A DNA stretch of 64,000 nt, taken from positions 160,001 through 224,000 of the forward strand of contig CAVVYZ010000009.1 of the NCBI GenBank assembly GCA_963752595.1, read 5' to 3'. The position numbers and the translations under genes were made by a program. The DNA comes from an uncultured delta proteobacterium. Its GTDB lineage: Bacteria; Desulfobacterota; Desulfomonilia; UBA1062. The notes under the pieces were generated by a model. It searched no databases and had not been told where the DNA came from. It saw nothing but the letters and a program-made list of their open reading frames with translations. Shown here in pieces: positions 20,575 through 30,781 of the stretch. Position 1 is the first letter of the stretch. Every line of letters begins with the position of its first letter.

Positions 20575-21474
20575 TTACTGGGAAAGGAGGAAGCATTTCT
20601 TGGAGCTCAAACCCAGCCTCCAGTTGGATATCTGTCCTTCTTCGATGGTGAGCGTGTCCCCTGCTATCTTCTTGTATCTGAAATGGGTTCCGTTGGTGAG
20701 CAGTCCATCGCCCTTCTTGTCGAAAATCATGGCACCGTCCCAGACCTCGAAATTCGGTGCGTACTTGAACGGGTGCTCGGAACTTCCTGTGAATTTGATT
20801 GCAGTACCCGGTGTGGACGACAGGTTCACAAGATAGCCCGACTTGGATGAATCCGATATATCCAGCACGGTCTGATAACTGTCCAGGTTCACATTCCAGT
20901 TCTCGGGCGGAGCAAAGCTCTCACTGGTTATCTGGAGCATCCTTTTTGTCCAGGAAAAATACATGCTCGTCTCACCGAACTCCTCCAATTTCTGAAAAGC
21001 CTTGTAGGAATCCTCAAAGTTGCCCATCAGAAGATAGTTGACCCCCATGTTCTTATAAAGCGGGGAATACTTCGGGTCTATGGAAAGGGCCTTATCAAAA
21101 TTCTCCTGCATTTCCTTGTATCTCTCGAGCTCAAAAAGGTTTGCCCCACGGTTTACCCAAACCAGGACATTCTTCGGGTCTATCTTCAGATATTCATCAA
21201 AGCAGCTCAGGGCCATTTTGTAGTTTTTCATCTGCCAGTAGATCTGGCCTTTCAAAAGCCATGCTTCCTTGTACCGTTTATTGACTCTCAAAGCCTCATC
21301 GCACTGGCTTAAGGAATTCTCCCATTCACCTTTTTCCCATGCATTCTGGGCCTTGGTATACGCATCCTGCCCTGGATTGGGGGTCGTCTCGGCAAATATA
21401 TTCATTGCAAAAAAACTAAAGAAAAAAACAATGCATATCGTTTTGATTACGGCTGCTGTCTTCAGCAAAAGCAT
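20575..21474 (-). CDS. secreted TPR-repeat protein
   Basis: signal peptide and several ~34-aa TPR units (AL.IDPK). Confidence 0.85.
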   Translation of the reverse strand: MLLLKTAAVIKTICIVFFFSFFAMNIFAETTPNPGQDAYTKAQNAWEKGEWENSLSQCDEALRVNKRYKEAWLLKGQIYWQMKNYKMALSCFDEYLKIDPKNVLVWVNRGANLFELERYKEMQENFDKALSIDPKYSPLYKNMGVNYLLMGNFEDSYKAFQKLEEFGETSMYFSWTKRMLQITSESFAPPENWNVNLDSYQTVLDISDSSKSGYLVNLSSTPGTAIKFTGSSEHPFKYAPNFEVWDGAMIFDKKGDGLLTNGTHFRYKKIAGDTLTIEEGQISNWRLGLSSKKCFLLSQ

Positions 21475-21534
21475 CTTACCCTCCTCAATTTTCAGGTGAG
21501 ACTTCCGTATGTTTCAACCTTTATAACTATATAT

Positions 21535-21996
21535 TCATGTTTTGTAAATCCCATTCCCTTTTGCGCTGTCTCTGGAAATACGAAGAGGGGGCTTGCCGGC
21601 ATTAGCCCGAATCCAGTTGATGGCCGACAGCACCTTTTCCTGGGAAACGATCTTACGTTCCAGTTTGCGTTTTCCGGGAAAATCAATGAGGGTCAACCCG
21701 ATGAGGATGGTGATAACCCCCTGCCCGGGCAGAACGAGCATCGCTATGCCGGCGAGCAGAAACACGATCCCGATTGCATTCTTTACTGCAGCAGCCAACA
21801 TACGGACCAGCGGGTGGCGTCCTTTGCTGAATTCCCTGAAATGGTCCCGCTCATACAGAAAATAGTCGGTAGGAATCCTGATAACGAGGAGTGATATGAT
21901 AACCGGTGTGATTATCAGAGCAAGCAGGGATATCGCGGCCAGATACTGCAGCTGGGACCGGTAACAGACTATCCATTCGATGATCGTTTCAATCAA
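21535..21996 (-). CDS. PGPGW-family membrane protein
   Basis: GIAMLVLPGQG.ITILIGL...DFPGKR. Confidence 0.8.
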   Translation of the reverse strand: MIETIIEWIVCYRSQLQYLAAISLLALIITPVIISLLVIRIPTDYFLYERDHFREFSKGRHPLVRMLAAAVKNAIGIVFLLAGIAMLVLPGQGVITILIGLTLIDFPGKRKLERKIVSQEKVLSAINWIRANAGKPPLRISRDSAKGNGIYKT

Positions 21997-22191
21997 TCCT
22001 GCCTCCTGATCCGGGTAACTTTATGCCCTTTTCACCCCACCTGTCCATCTTCGGCAGGGCCAATGGGCTTCCGTGAGGATATCCGGATAAAAAATTGAAT
22101 CCCGTACAAGGTATCCACAAGAACAAACCATATGGTGCCGCCTTTAAAGAGGCCGGGAGACAAGCCTGGATGGATGCAGAGGCCATACCTG

Positions 22192-22773
22192 CTACTTCTT
22201 CAGGAGCCCCTGCATGATGATGTCCAGCCCCTGCTCGAACATCTTCTGGGTTGATTTGCCCTCGGATTTCACATAGGTCTTGATGATGAACATCACATAG
22301 ATCGAATAGAGAAGCTCGGTGAGATGGTCAACATCCACCTCGCGGAATTTTCCCTGGAGGATGCCCTTTTCCAGGACCCTTCTGAGCAGCTGCATGGACG
22401 CGTGATTGATCTCGTAAAAAGGGTCTTCTTTGCTGGAAAGCGGAAAGATGGACGGGTCATTTATCAGTACGGTCCGTAGCGATACATCGCGGGAAAGGTA
22501 GGTATAGCTCTTTCTGCACATAATGAGAAACTGTTCCACCACGTCATCAATCTTCTCTATGGCCTTGCTCACCATGTCCTGCCATCGGAGCAGCCCATGG
22601 GCAACGGCCTTCTCGTACAGGTCCCGCTTGTTTTCCACGTAGAGGTAGAGATTACCCTTTGTCATTCCCAATTCATCGGCGATGTCTTCGACGCGCGTCC
22701 TTCTGTATCCGTAGCGGGCAAATACCCGCAGGGCGGCTTCATAAACTGTTGCGATTTTTTCTTCTCTATTCAT
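22192..22773 (-). CDS. TetR/AcrR-family regulator
   Basis: F...GY....VEDIA..LGM.KG.LY.Y..NK HTH. Confidence 0.93.
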   Translation of the reverse strand: MNREEKIATVYEAALRVFARYGYRRTRVEDIADELGMTKGNLYLYVENKRDLYEKAVAHGLLRWQDMVSKAIEKIDDVVEQFLIMCRKSYTYLSRDVSLRTVLINDPSIFPLSSKEDPFYEINHASMQLLRRVLEKGILQGKFREVDVDHLTELLYSIYVMFIIKTYVKSEGKSTQKMFEQGLDIIMQGLLKK

Positions 22774-22892
22774 GGGACACCTATCCGTAACCCTTGATCT
22801 TGCATCTCAGCAATTCGATGTCAATAGCTATTCAATCCCCCGTTGCCAATCAATTATTTAAATATGCGAACATATCGTTCATTATTTCAATT

Positions 22893-22926
22893 TGTTATTG
22901 ACATAATAACACTGGAATATTACTTT
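22893..22926 (+). promoter_or_regulatory. sigma70-type promoter with overlapping palindrome (candidate TetR operator)
   Basis: TTGACA (22898-22903)-N17-TACTTT (22921-22926); TGTTATT-GACAT-AATAACA inverted repeat at 22893-22911. Confidence 0.65.
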
Positions 22927-22998
22927 GGTTCGGTATCCTGAAAACAAGTATGGACCCGTTTTGTTTAATAAATTTATTGTAACCGGAGGAGGTATGTC

Positions 22999-23632
22999 AT
23001 GACAGAGTCTTCTGCTCAGGCCCTTTCCATTCTCAGGGATCCCTCACAGTTTCAGTGGTATATCATTCCGTTTCTTCTCGTCGTCATTTATGTGTACCAT
23101 AATGAGGTGCGGCTTAAGAATTGGAATGCCGTTTTTGCAGGTCTTGCCCTGTGGGGCTGCGACTGGTTCAACGAAATATGGAACGCCCTGGTGTTTCATT
23201 TCACGCAGTATGCGCCTGTCTGGGGAGCGCCCGGCAAGACGGCCTACCTCATCCTCATCGGTCTTAATATCGAGATAAGCCTGATGTTTCTCCTCATGGG
23301 GGTTGCCTGCTCCATCATTCTTCCCGAAGACCGTAAACTTAAGATCCTGGGCATGCCCAATAGGCTCTTTTATGCAATTATCCTTCACCACGCTGGCCGT
23401 GATCGTGGAAATCCTCCTGAATGCCATAGGCGCCCTGACCTGGGATTACTCGTGGTGGAATGCGAGAAGCCCCTTGCTTATCTGGCTGATCGGATACTTT
23501 TATTTCTTTGCCGTGGCTTACCTCGTGTACGATATGAAAACGATCAGGTCCAAGGTGATCACCGTCGGAGCCATCTTTAGCCTTGATATCGTCTGCCTCG
23601 TGGTCTTCATAGGAGTGCTCCACTGGATCTGA
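22999..23632 (+). CDS. multi-pass membrane protein of unknown function; frameshift near 23380
   Basis: GGAGGAGG RBS; hydrophobic helices continue from ORF 22999..23580 into 23303..23632. Confidence 0.7.
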
Positions 23633-23963
23633 TGAAGTTTATCCATCAGGATAATAAATGCCCATCCGGATGATGCTTTTCAAACCGGATAGAGGGACAT
23701 CGAGATAAAGCCCCTGCACACCTTTGACCGGGAGCGGGGAAGGATTGGATTGAAGCTCGCATCCTCCTCGCCCTGTTTTCCCTCCCTCACACTCCCGCAC
23801 TATATGTCCGTCATTCTGGATCCTCCTGGATCGTGAATCCGTATATACCCAGGTGCCGGCCATAAAAATTAAATCGGGTATGTACCGGCTGGTTGCGGAT
23901 GAATCCATGATGATTAGCCCCTATTCTAATACTTATGTATGGCAGAGAAAAGGAGGGAGCATC

Positions 23964-24578
23964 ATGAACGAAAAAGTTGACAAGGAACTGATCAAAGAGC
24001 GGCTGAATCCTTATATCCCGAAGAATATCATCTCCGACATGCTGGAAAACAGAGTGGTCAATGACCTGTGGGATGTCCTGTATGCTGCTGTGGATTATTA
24101 TACCGAGGGGAATGAACAAGCCCTGGATGCAGTCCATGATGTGGAAGTGAAGAGTGTGGATCAGCTCATTGAGAAAATGCGACAATGGGGAACTGCCCGG
24201 GAAGAGGAAATTGACAAGGAGCGCCTGAGAGATCTCCTGGAAGAGTACCTCCCGGATGATATCGTGGAAGATGCACTCGAAGGAGAAAAGCTGGACGACC
24301 TGTGGGATATCCTGCATATTGCCGTAGATTATTTTACCGACGGTGACAATCGGGCTTTTGATGCCATCAAGGGCCTTAAAATCGAAACCGTTGATGAGCT
24401 CATGGACCATGTGAAGTGGTGGCGCAACCTCACATCTGCACCGGACATCTGGTACAATCCGGAGCAGGGCCAGGAAATTGGTGTAGGAACAGAGGCAGAA
24501 GAGATACCTTTATCCGAACGGGAACAGCTGGAAGGCGAAGAAGACGAAGACGAGGAGCGGAGGGAGCAAAAAGAGTAA
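23964..24578 (+). CDS. acidic protein with two 78-aa tandem repeats, function unknown
   Basis: AGGAGG RBS; DKE..LWD.L..AVDY.T.G...A.DA......VD.L.....W occurs twice; D/E-rich tail. Confidence 0.75.
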   Translation: MNEKVDKELIKERLNPYIPKNIISDMLENRVVNDLWDVLYAAVDYYTEGNEQALDAVHDVEVKSVDQLIEKMRQWGTAREEEIDKERLRDLLEEYLPDDIVEDALEGEKLDDLWDILHIAVDYFTDGDNRAFDAIKGLKIETVDELMDHVKWWRNLTSAPDIWYNPEQGQEIGVGTEAEEIPLSEREQLEGEEDEDEERREQKE

Positions 24579-24714
24579 TAAGTTTTACCTGTTATGTCCT
24601 TGACAATAACCTTTCTTTGAAGTGGCTCCGGTTGTATGGACAGGGGATGGTGTTCTATAAGTGGAGCCTTGCCGCTATTCCCATTAAGCTGCATCGGGCA
24701 GATACTCCCGAAAA

Positions 24715-24900
24715 CCCGGATAAACCTCATCCGGGGTTGATCCGTCAAGCGTGGAGTGTAGCCTGCGATGATTGTAAAAAGTCAGATATCCTTCCAAGCC
24801 GCTTCCGGCTTCGCTGACGCTCTCATAGGCGTGCAGATAGACCTCCTCATATTTGATGCTCTTCCAAAAGCCTCTCTACGAAAACATTGTCACGCCGACC
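24715..24900 (-). mobile_element. IS3-family transposase C-terminal relic
   Basis: minus strand reads RDNVFVERL / WKSIKYEEVYLHAYESVSEA..GL.GYLTFYNHRRLHSTLDGSTPDEVY with one frameshift. Confidence 0.85.
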
Positions 24901-27513
24901 CGGCTTTCCTCTTCGAGACAATCCCTTTGAGACCCCCGGAGGTAAGAGATGCGATGCTTCCGAGCATCACGGGAAGAGAAAAGGTCGCATAAGATGCAAG
25001 GTACCTTGGTTTCCATTCCGGAGAGAAATTCTCCTTGAAAAGCCTTAAGCCCTGGAAATTGTAGAAATGCTCTGCATGATGAAAAATGAACGACCCGATC
25101 CTGTTCCACAACGAGGCCATGGATGCACCCTCGAGGCCTGATAAGGGCGCCATGCCGAGGTTGAACCACTGGTAGCCGTTTTGCCCCCCCATATCATGAG
25201 ATGGATGAAGAGATACTCCATAACTCCGCCGGGTGATTGCGGCAGGTATCTCATGAGATCCACCGAGAACTCCTCTTTTCTATCTGTTGCCCACACATTG
25301 GCAAAGGAGATGATGTTCCCCTCCTTACGGATGACTGCGACCGGAAAGTGCCTGATGTATTCTTCCCGGAAGGAGCCGAGGGAAAACGTTTTTTCCGTGG
25401 CATGCTTGTCTGCCGGCCAGGCATCCGAGATCTGTCTGAGATCCTTTTCGATTGTCGGCACATCCTGTGCCGACACGATCTCGAAGGTGCACCCTTCATT
25501 TGTGAGCTTGTTGAATATGTGCCGGAGGTCCTTGCGGCTTCTGCCCGAGAGAGAAAATTTCTGGAGATTCACCCTGGCTTCTTCTCCAAGCTTTACAATC
25601 GTCATACCTAAGTCGATATAAACATGAAGATTCTTGGAACCCACTTCATAGAATGCCGGCTGAACATCATACCGGTCGCACATTTCGCAGAACTGCCATG
25701 CAAGCTCCGGCCATTCGTTTTCCGGGCCTATTGGGTCTCCCATGGCGATCCAGCTTCTGCCCTCGATGCCGTACATGATACAGGCGTTTCCTTTGGCATT
25801 GAAGAGAAACGCCTTGTCTCCGAGCAGCGCAAGGTTCGCATACGTTTCCGGCGAATTCCTGATTATCGGCAAGGCCCGTTCCAGGTCTTCTTTGTTGCCG
25901 GTGTCAGGCCTGGGCAGGAAGGAGTGGAGAATCTTTACCAGGGCAAATGCGAGAACTGCTACCGAACTGCCGACAAGGGCCCGGAGAGATCTCGGGGCAT
26001 TCTGCATGAATGCGAAATGCCACCAGAGGTCAGTGGAATACTCCGTGTGTTTGTAAGAGAAAAAGGTCAGCCACGCTGTGCATATGATAGCGACGATGAT
26101 CGTCACGATCCAGGAAAGGGTGAATTTCCCTCCCAAGAGAGATCCCTTACGGTAGAAACTCGGCCGGGAAGGAATTACTATGAGCATGATCATGAACAGG
26201 ATGGCAGCCTCTTCATAATCAAGTCCCTTAAGGAGTGAAAAGAGCACCCCGGTCCCCAGCAGTGCAACGGTAAGATAATAGGACGTATCCACTCTCCTCC
26301 GGATGCCCCATGATAGGATCGGCAGGCTTACCCCAACCACGCTCCCAAGGAAATGGGACACCTCGATGATAGGGAGGGGAAACAGACGTTCCATCTCGAT
26401 GAGCCGAGCGGTTACCGCCGGTGTGGCCCCCGAGAAGAGGAGGATTACCCCGCTCAGGAATGTGACCACGGTCAGTAAGGCAGGAACAACGACGAAGATC
26501 CGTTCTGCAAACGCCTTTGAACCGTTCATCAGGAGATGTTTGCGGTCGAGGACCTCTTTCGCGGCCAGGATGACGGCGGCGATCAACAAGGGCATGATAT
26601 AGTAAACGGCCCGGTAAACGATAAGTGAGGCCAGTGCCGAGGAAGCAGGAAAATGTTTCGTGAGGAAAAGGAGCATCACTGCCTCGAAGACGCCGAGCCC
26701 GCCGGGTATCTGGCTGATTACTGCTCCAAGCTGGGCAAGCATGAATATGCCCAGCTATATTGAGAAAGGTATCCCCGGGGGCAGGATCACGAATAAGACG
26801 CTGCCTGCCAGCACCCAGTCGAGTGTGGCGATGCCGATCTGCGGGAGGAAAAGGCGTAAAGGGGGTGCGGAAAACTCCAGGCTGCCGATTCTTGCCGTGC
26901 CTTTCCATGATGCAGCCACCGCTATATAGAGCAGCACCGGTATCAGAGACAGGATTCCTAAGGGGAAATCGGTTTTGAACGGCAGGAGGAGCTCATGCGG
27001 CAGGACCATGGGCCTTAAAAGAAAAACCCCTGAGCTCAAGGTAAAAAACCCGAGCCAGAGGCTTACGGTGCAAAAGAAGATGATCTTGGTGATCTCAAGC
27101 CCGGACAGCCCCCAGGAGGAGTATAGCCGGTAACGCACCGAGGCTCCGGCAAGCATTGAGAAACCGATATTGTTGCTGAAAGCATACCCGATAAAGGATG
27201 CGGTGGCAATTCTCCTGTAGGCAAGCCTGAGGTTGACGAATTTCAGGGCCAGGTAATAATCATAGCCGGTCATGACTCCATAACTGAAAACGGTAAGTAT
27301 GAGCGCCATTATGAGGGCCCTGTCGGGAATAGCATGAAGGTATAGGCCGATGTCTTTGAGATGATACGCCTGAAGCTCCCTGTGCAGTACCCAGAGCGCA
27401 AGAATGAAAAGAGATAAACCAATAAGCGGAGGGATGATCTTTAGGAAATAGGGGTTGAGTCCCTTCCACCAGGGTAGAGGATGATCTCGGTTTTGCTGGA
27501 AAGGATGGGCCGT
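24890..27513 (-). pseudogene. mprF: bifunctional lysylphosphatidylglycerol flippase/synthetase, disrupted
   Basis: GASVRYRLYS.WG, PGGLGVFEA, MGDPIG, DLMR, FNLGMAPLSG, YNFQGLR.FKE.F.P.W; ACG instead of ATG behind GGAGG at 27513, in-frame TAG at 26755-26757, frameshift in the C-run near 25190. Confidence 0.88.
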
Positions 27514-27618
27514 TGCCTCTGCCTCCGTACGTAATAAAGAATACTATAACGTCTTACCTTATCATTAACCGCAACCGGCTGCCATCGAACATGCCGGTAT
27601 TCAACACTATACTTGAGA

Positions 27619-27951
27619 TTAACAATGAGACGCGTCGGCAGCAGCCCTTGAAATCCCTGCCATGGCCTGCTCCAGGGAAGCCTTGATCGTACTGTTTTCC
27701 TGCTCTACGAGGATCATCCCCTTCTGCACGCGATCGCCCTCACGACAGCATTCATACTTGATCGTGCCCGAAACCATCGAGGTGATATTGACTTCTGGCG
27801 CCTCCACGATGCCGGTTGTCCTGACCTCGGTGGGAACCTTCGTCCGGAAGTGATACGTATAAGCCAGTACTGCAATGACTGTTAAGACAATGATGATGAC
27901 GGCAATGTACCTTTTTTCATAGAAAAACCCTGAAGGTGTACCTATAGTCAT
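27619..27951 (-). pseudogene. truncated HlyD-family periplasmic adaptor (N-terminal part only)
   Basis: TM anchor, G.VEA.EV.I.S.VSG.I.....EGD.V.KG..L lipoyl half; stops after ~110 aa. Confidence 0.7.
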
Positions 27952-28052
27952 GAATAAGCCTTCACGGTCCGAATCCAAGGAAATCAACCCTTGCGGCAGT
28001 CTGCCCGGGCTTCCTTTGTGCTTTGTCTGCCTCAAGGTTGCCTGCAGCCGGA

Positions 28053-30581
28053 TCAGAAATTCACAAACCGGTAAAATACCTTTTTCACTACCTCTGCTGA
28101 AATTATATACGTGATGATGATGAAGAACAGCCAGAACAGGAATGCGGCAGGAATCGGCTTGAAGCCTATCAGATAGGCTATGGGGCTGTAGGGTAAGATA
28201 ACGGCGGCGACCACTACCGCGAGCGTTGCCAGGAGGAGCTTTCTGCTCGGTCTGCTCCTGAAGAAGGTTTTCCTCGTTCTGATCACGAGTACGATGAGGG
28301 AGGCCGACGCGACCGACTCTATGAACCAGCCGGACCTGAACAGTGCGGAATCGGCATGGAGCAGGAGCAGCAGCACGCCGAAGGTGCAGTAATCGAAGAC
28401 AGAGCTTAAGCTCCCGAAGACGAGCATGAATGACCGGATGAACTTGATGTCCCACCGATGGGGTTTTTCGATCATGACATCATCGACCGTATCCGTTGCA
28501 ATGGTCATCTCAGGGAGATCCGTCAGCAGGTTCGTGAGGAGTATCTGCTTGGGGAGCAACGGCAGAAACGGCAGAAACAGGGAGGCGCCAGCCATACTGA
28601 ACATATTCCCGAAATTGGCGCTGGTCGCCATGAAGACGTATTTCAGGGTATTCGTGAAAGTCCTGCGGCCCTCCACCACCCCCTGAACGAGCACCCGGAG
28701 ATCCTTTTCGAGGAGCACGATCTCGGCCGCACCCTTGGCAACATCGGCTGCGGTGTCCACCGAGATCCCGACGTCGGCCGCATGCAGGGCCGGCGCGTCA
28801 TTGATGCCGTCGCCCATGTAGCCGACGACATTTCCCGCCTTTTTCAGAGAGAGGATGATCTGTTCCTTCTGGCTCGGCTCCACCTCTGCGAATATGTCGG
28901 CCTGGGGAACCCTTGACAGAAATGCCCCGTCGCTTAAGCCGGTGAGGTCGCTCCCCGTGATGACCACGGGCTCCGGGAGCCCCATCCTGCTATAGATCGC
29001 ACGCGCCACCCTGCTGGAATCTCCGGTAACGATCTTGGGGGAAATGCCGAGGTTTTTGAGCCTGGCGAATATTTCCGCAACATCATGCTTGGGAGGGTCA
29101 TAGAGGGCAATGATCCCGAGAAAGGTCATGTCTTTTTCATCATCCTTGCTGATGACGGCTGTGCCGCCCATATCCCGGCAGGCAACACCGATGGTCCGGT
29201 ATCCCTGGTCGTTGAGATCGTCCCCCAGCTTCCGGATCTTCTCTTTCGCCTTCCCGATATCGACAGTACCCCCCGATGGATCTTCCACCCCGGAGCATGC
29301 GTCGATCACATGCGCCAGGGCCCCCTTGGTCACCATGAGGCAGGTCCTGTCATGGGATACAAGAACGCTTAAGCACTTGCGGGTGAAATCATAGGGCACC
29401 TCATCGATTTTTTCCCAGCCGGACAGGTCATATTTCTTCGCCTCCAGCAGGGCATCATCAATGGGGTTTACATAATTCGTCTGGAACGTCGAATTCAGGT
29501 ATGCATTGAACAGGACCTTATCGCTTTGCTCACCACTGAGATCCAGGGCGGATTTGATCCGGATCTTCCCCTCGGTAACCGTGCCTGTCTTGTCTGAGCA
29601 CAGGACATTCATACTCCCGAAGTTTTCAATGGCCGGCAGGTGCTTTACGATCACCTTGTGCTCGGCCATCCTCTTGGCCCCCTGCGCAAGGTTGATGGTG
29701 ATAATGGCGGGAAGGAGCTGCGGGGTAAGCCCTACGGCAAGTGCCAGGGAGAAGAGGAAGGAATCCATGACCGGCCGGTTCAGGTACACGTTGAAGGCAA
29801 AGATCACGAGGAGCATGGTCAGCGTGATCTCCATCAGAAGATACCCGAAGTGTTTGATCCCTCGCTCAAACTCGGTTTCCGCAGGCTTGAGCTTTATACG
29901 GTCCGATATTTTGCCGAACTCGGTGTTCCGACCGGTTTTGACGACCACGGCCTTTCCCGTGCCTGCCACGACGTGGGTTCCCATCCACAGGACATTCTTC
30001 CTCTTAGCCAGGGGTGCATCGGAAGGGACCGAGCCCGAAGACTTCTCTGCCGGAAAGCTTTCCCCGGTGAGCATGGCTTCATCGGCATGGATATCTTTGG
30101 ATTCCAGGATCACGCAATCAGCAGGGATCACATCACCTGCCTTGAAGATGGTGATATCCCCCGGCACCACTTCTGTGATCTCCATCTCCTGCGGTGAGCC
30201 GTTACGGAGGAGGGTGCAGCGGATCCGGACTATAGCTATCAGTTCCTCCATGGCATTGGCAGCACCCCGTTCCTGGATGAAGCCCAGAACAGCACTGACC
30301 ATGATGATGCACAGGATGATCGATGCATCGGTCCGGTCCCGCAGGAAGTAGGAGACTGCCGTTGCAAGGAGCAGGATAATGATGATGGCATTGTTGAACT
30401 GGGAGATGAAGAGTGAGAGGACGCCTTTTTTCTTTTCCTTCTTGATGGTGTTGGGTCCGTATTCCTCCAGCCGTTTCCGTGCCTCTTCTCTCGTGAGGCC
30501 GCTCTCGCCCGTATTCAGGGATGCAAGGAGATCCCTGGTGCTCATGCTCCAGAAAGGCACTCGAAGCAGTGATGGATTCAT
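28053..30581 (-). CDS. mgtA: magnesium-translocating P-type ATPase
   Basis: TGES, LAVGLTPQLLP, CSDKTGT, MGDGINDAPAL, SANFGNMFS, F.SGWFIES. Confidence 0.93.
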   Translation of the reverse strand: MNPSLLRVPFWSMSTRDLLASLNTGESGLTREEARKRLEEYGPNTIKKEKKKGVLSLFISQFNNAIIIILLLATAVSYFLRDRTDASIILCIIMVSAVLGFIQERGAANAMEELIAIVRIRCTLLRNGSPQEMEITEVVPGDITIFKAGDVIPADCVILESKDIHADEAMLTGESFPAEKSSGSVPSDAPLAKRKNVLWMGTHVVAGTGKAVVVKTGRNTEFGKISDRIKLKPAETEFERGIKHFGYLLMEITLTMLLVIFAFNVYLNRPVMDSFLFSLALAVGLTPQLLPAIITINLAQGAKRMAEHKVIVKHLPAIENFGSMNVLCSDKTGTVTEGKIRIKSALDLSGEQSDKVLFNAYLNSTFQTNYVNPIDDALLEAKKYDLSGWEKIDEVPYDFTRKCLSVLVSHDRTCLMVTKGALAHVIDACSGVEDPSGGTVDIGKAKEKIRKLGDDLNDQGYRTIGVACRDMGGTAVISKDDEKDMTFLGIIALYDPPKHDVAEIFARLKNLGISPKIVTGDSSRVARAIYSRMGLPEPVVITGSDLTGLSDGAFLSRVPQADIFAEVEPSQKEQIILSLKKAGNVVGYMGDGINDAPALHAADVGISVDTAADVAKGAAEIVLLEKDLRVLVQGVVEGRRTFTNTLKYVFMATSANFGNMFSMAGASLFLPFLPLLPKQILLTNLLTDLPEMTIATDTVDDVMIEKPHRWDIKFIRSFMLVFGSLSSVFDYCTFGVLLLLLHADSALFRSGWFIESVASASLIVLVIRTRKTFFRSRPSRKLLLATLAVVVAAVILPYSPIAYLIGFKPIPAAFLFWLFFIIITYIISAEVVKKVFYRFVNF

Positions 30582-30781
30582 AGACCAAATGATAGAAAGA
30601 TCCCTACAAAACTCCAAGTTTATTTGGAATAGCTGCCCTTCAATCCCATCCCTTCATAAGTTTGAGCGGCCTTTAAGAAAGACAGGCCCTCTCTCGCCCG
30701 GAGACCGGTATGCACTGTATGGCGCTTGCCCGAAGGAAAATCTATTCTACTATTATTCTTATTTGGACAAGGGAGGGGATT

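Noticed and set aside
24403-24412. TGGACCATGT matching the tRNA-Lys 3' region, as a possible third att site
   Set aside because: Only 10 nt and inside an intact coding sequence; compatible with chance
26755-26757. In-frame TAG in mprF as pyrrolysine or readthrough
   Set aside because: The same gene also has a mutated start and its partner virJ is a relic; no pyl genes in the window
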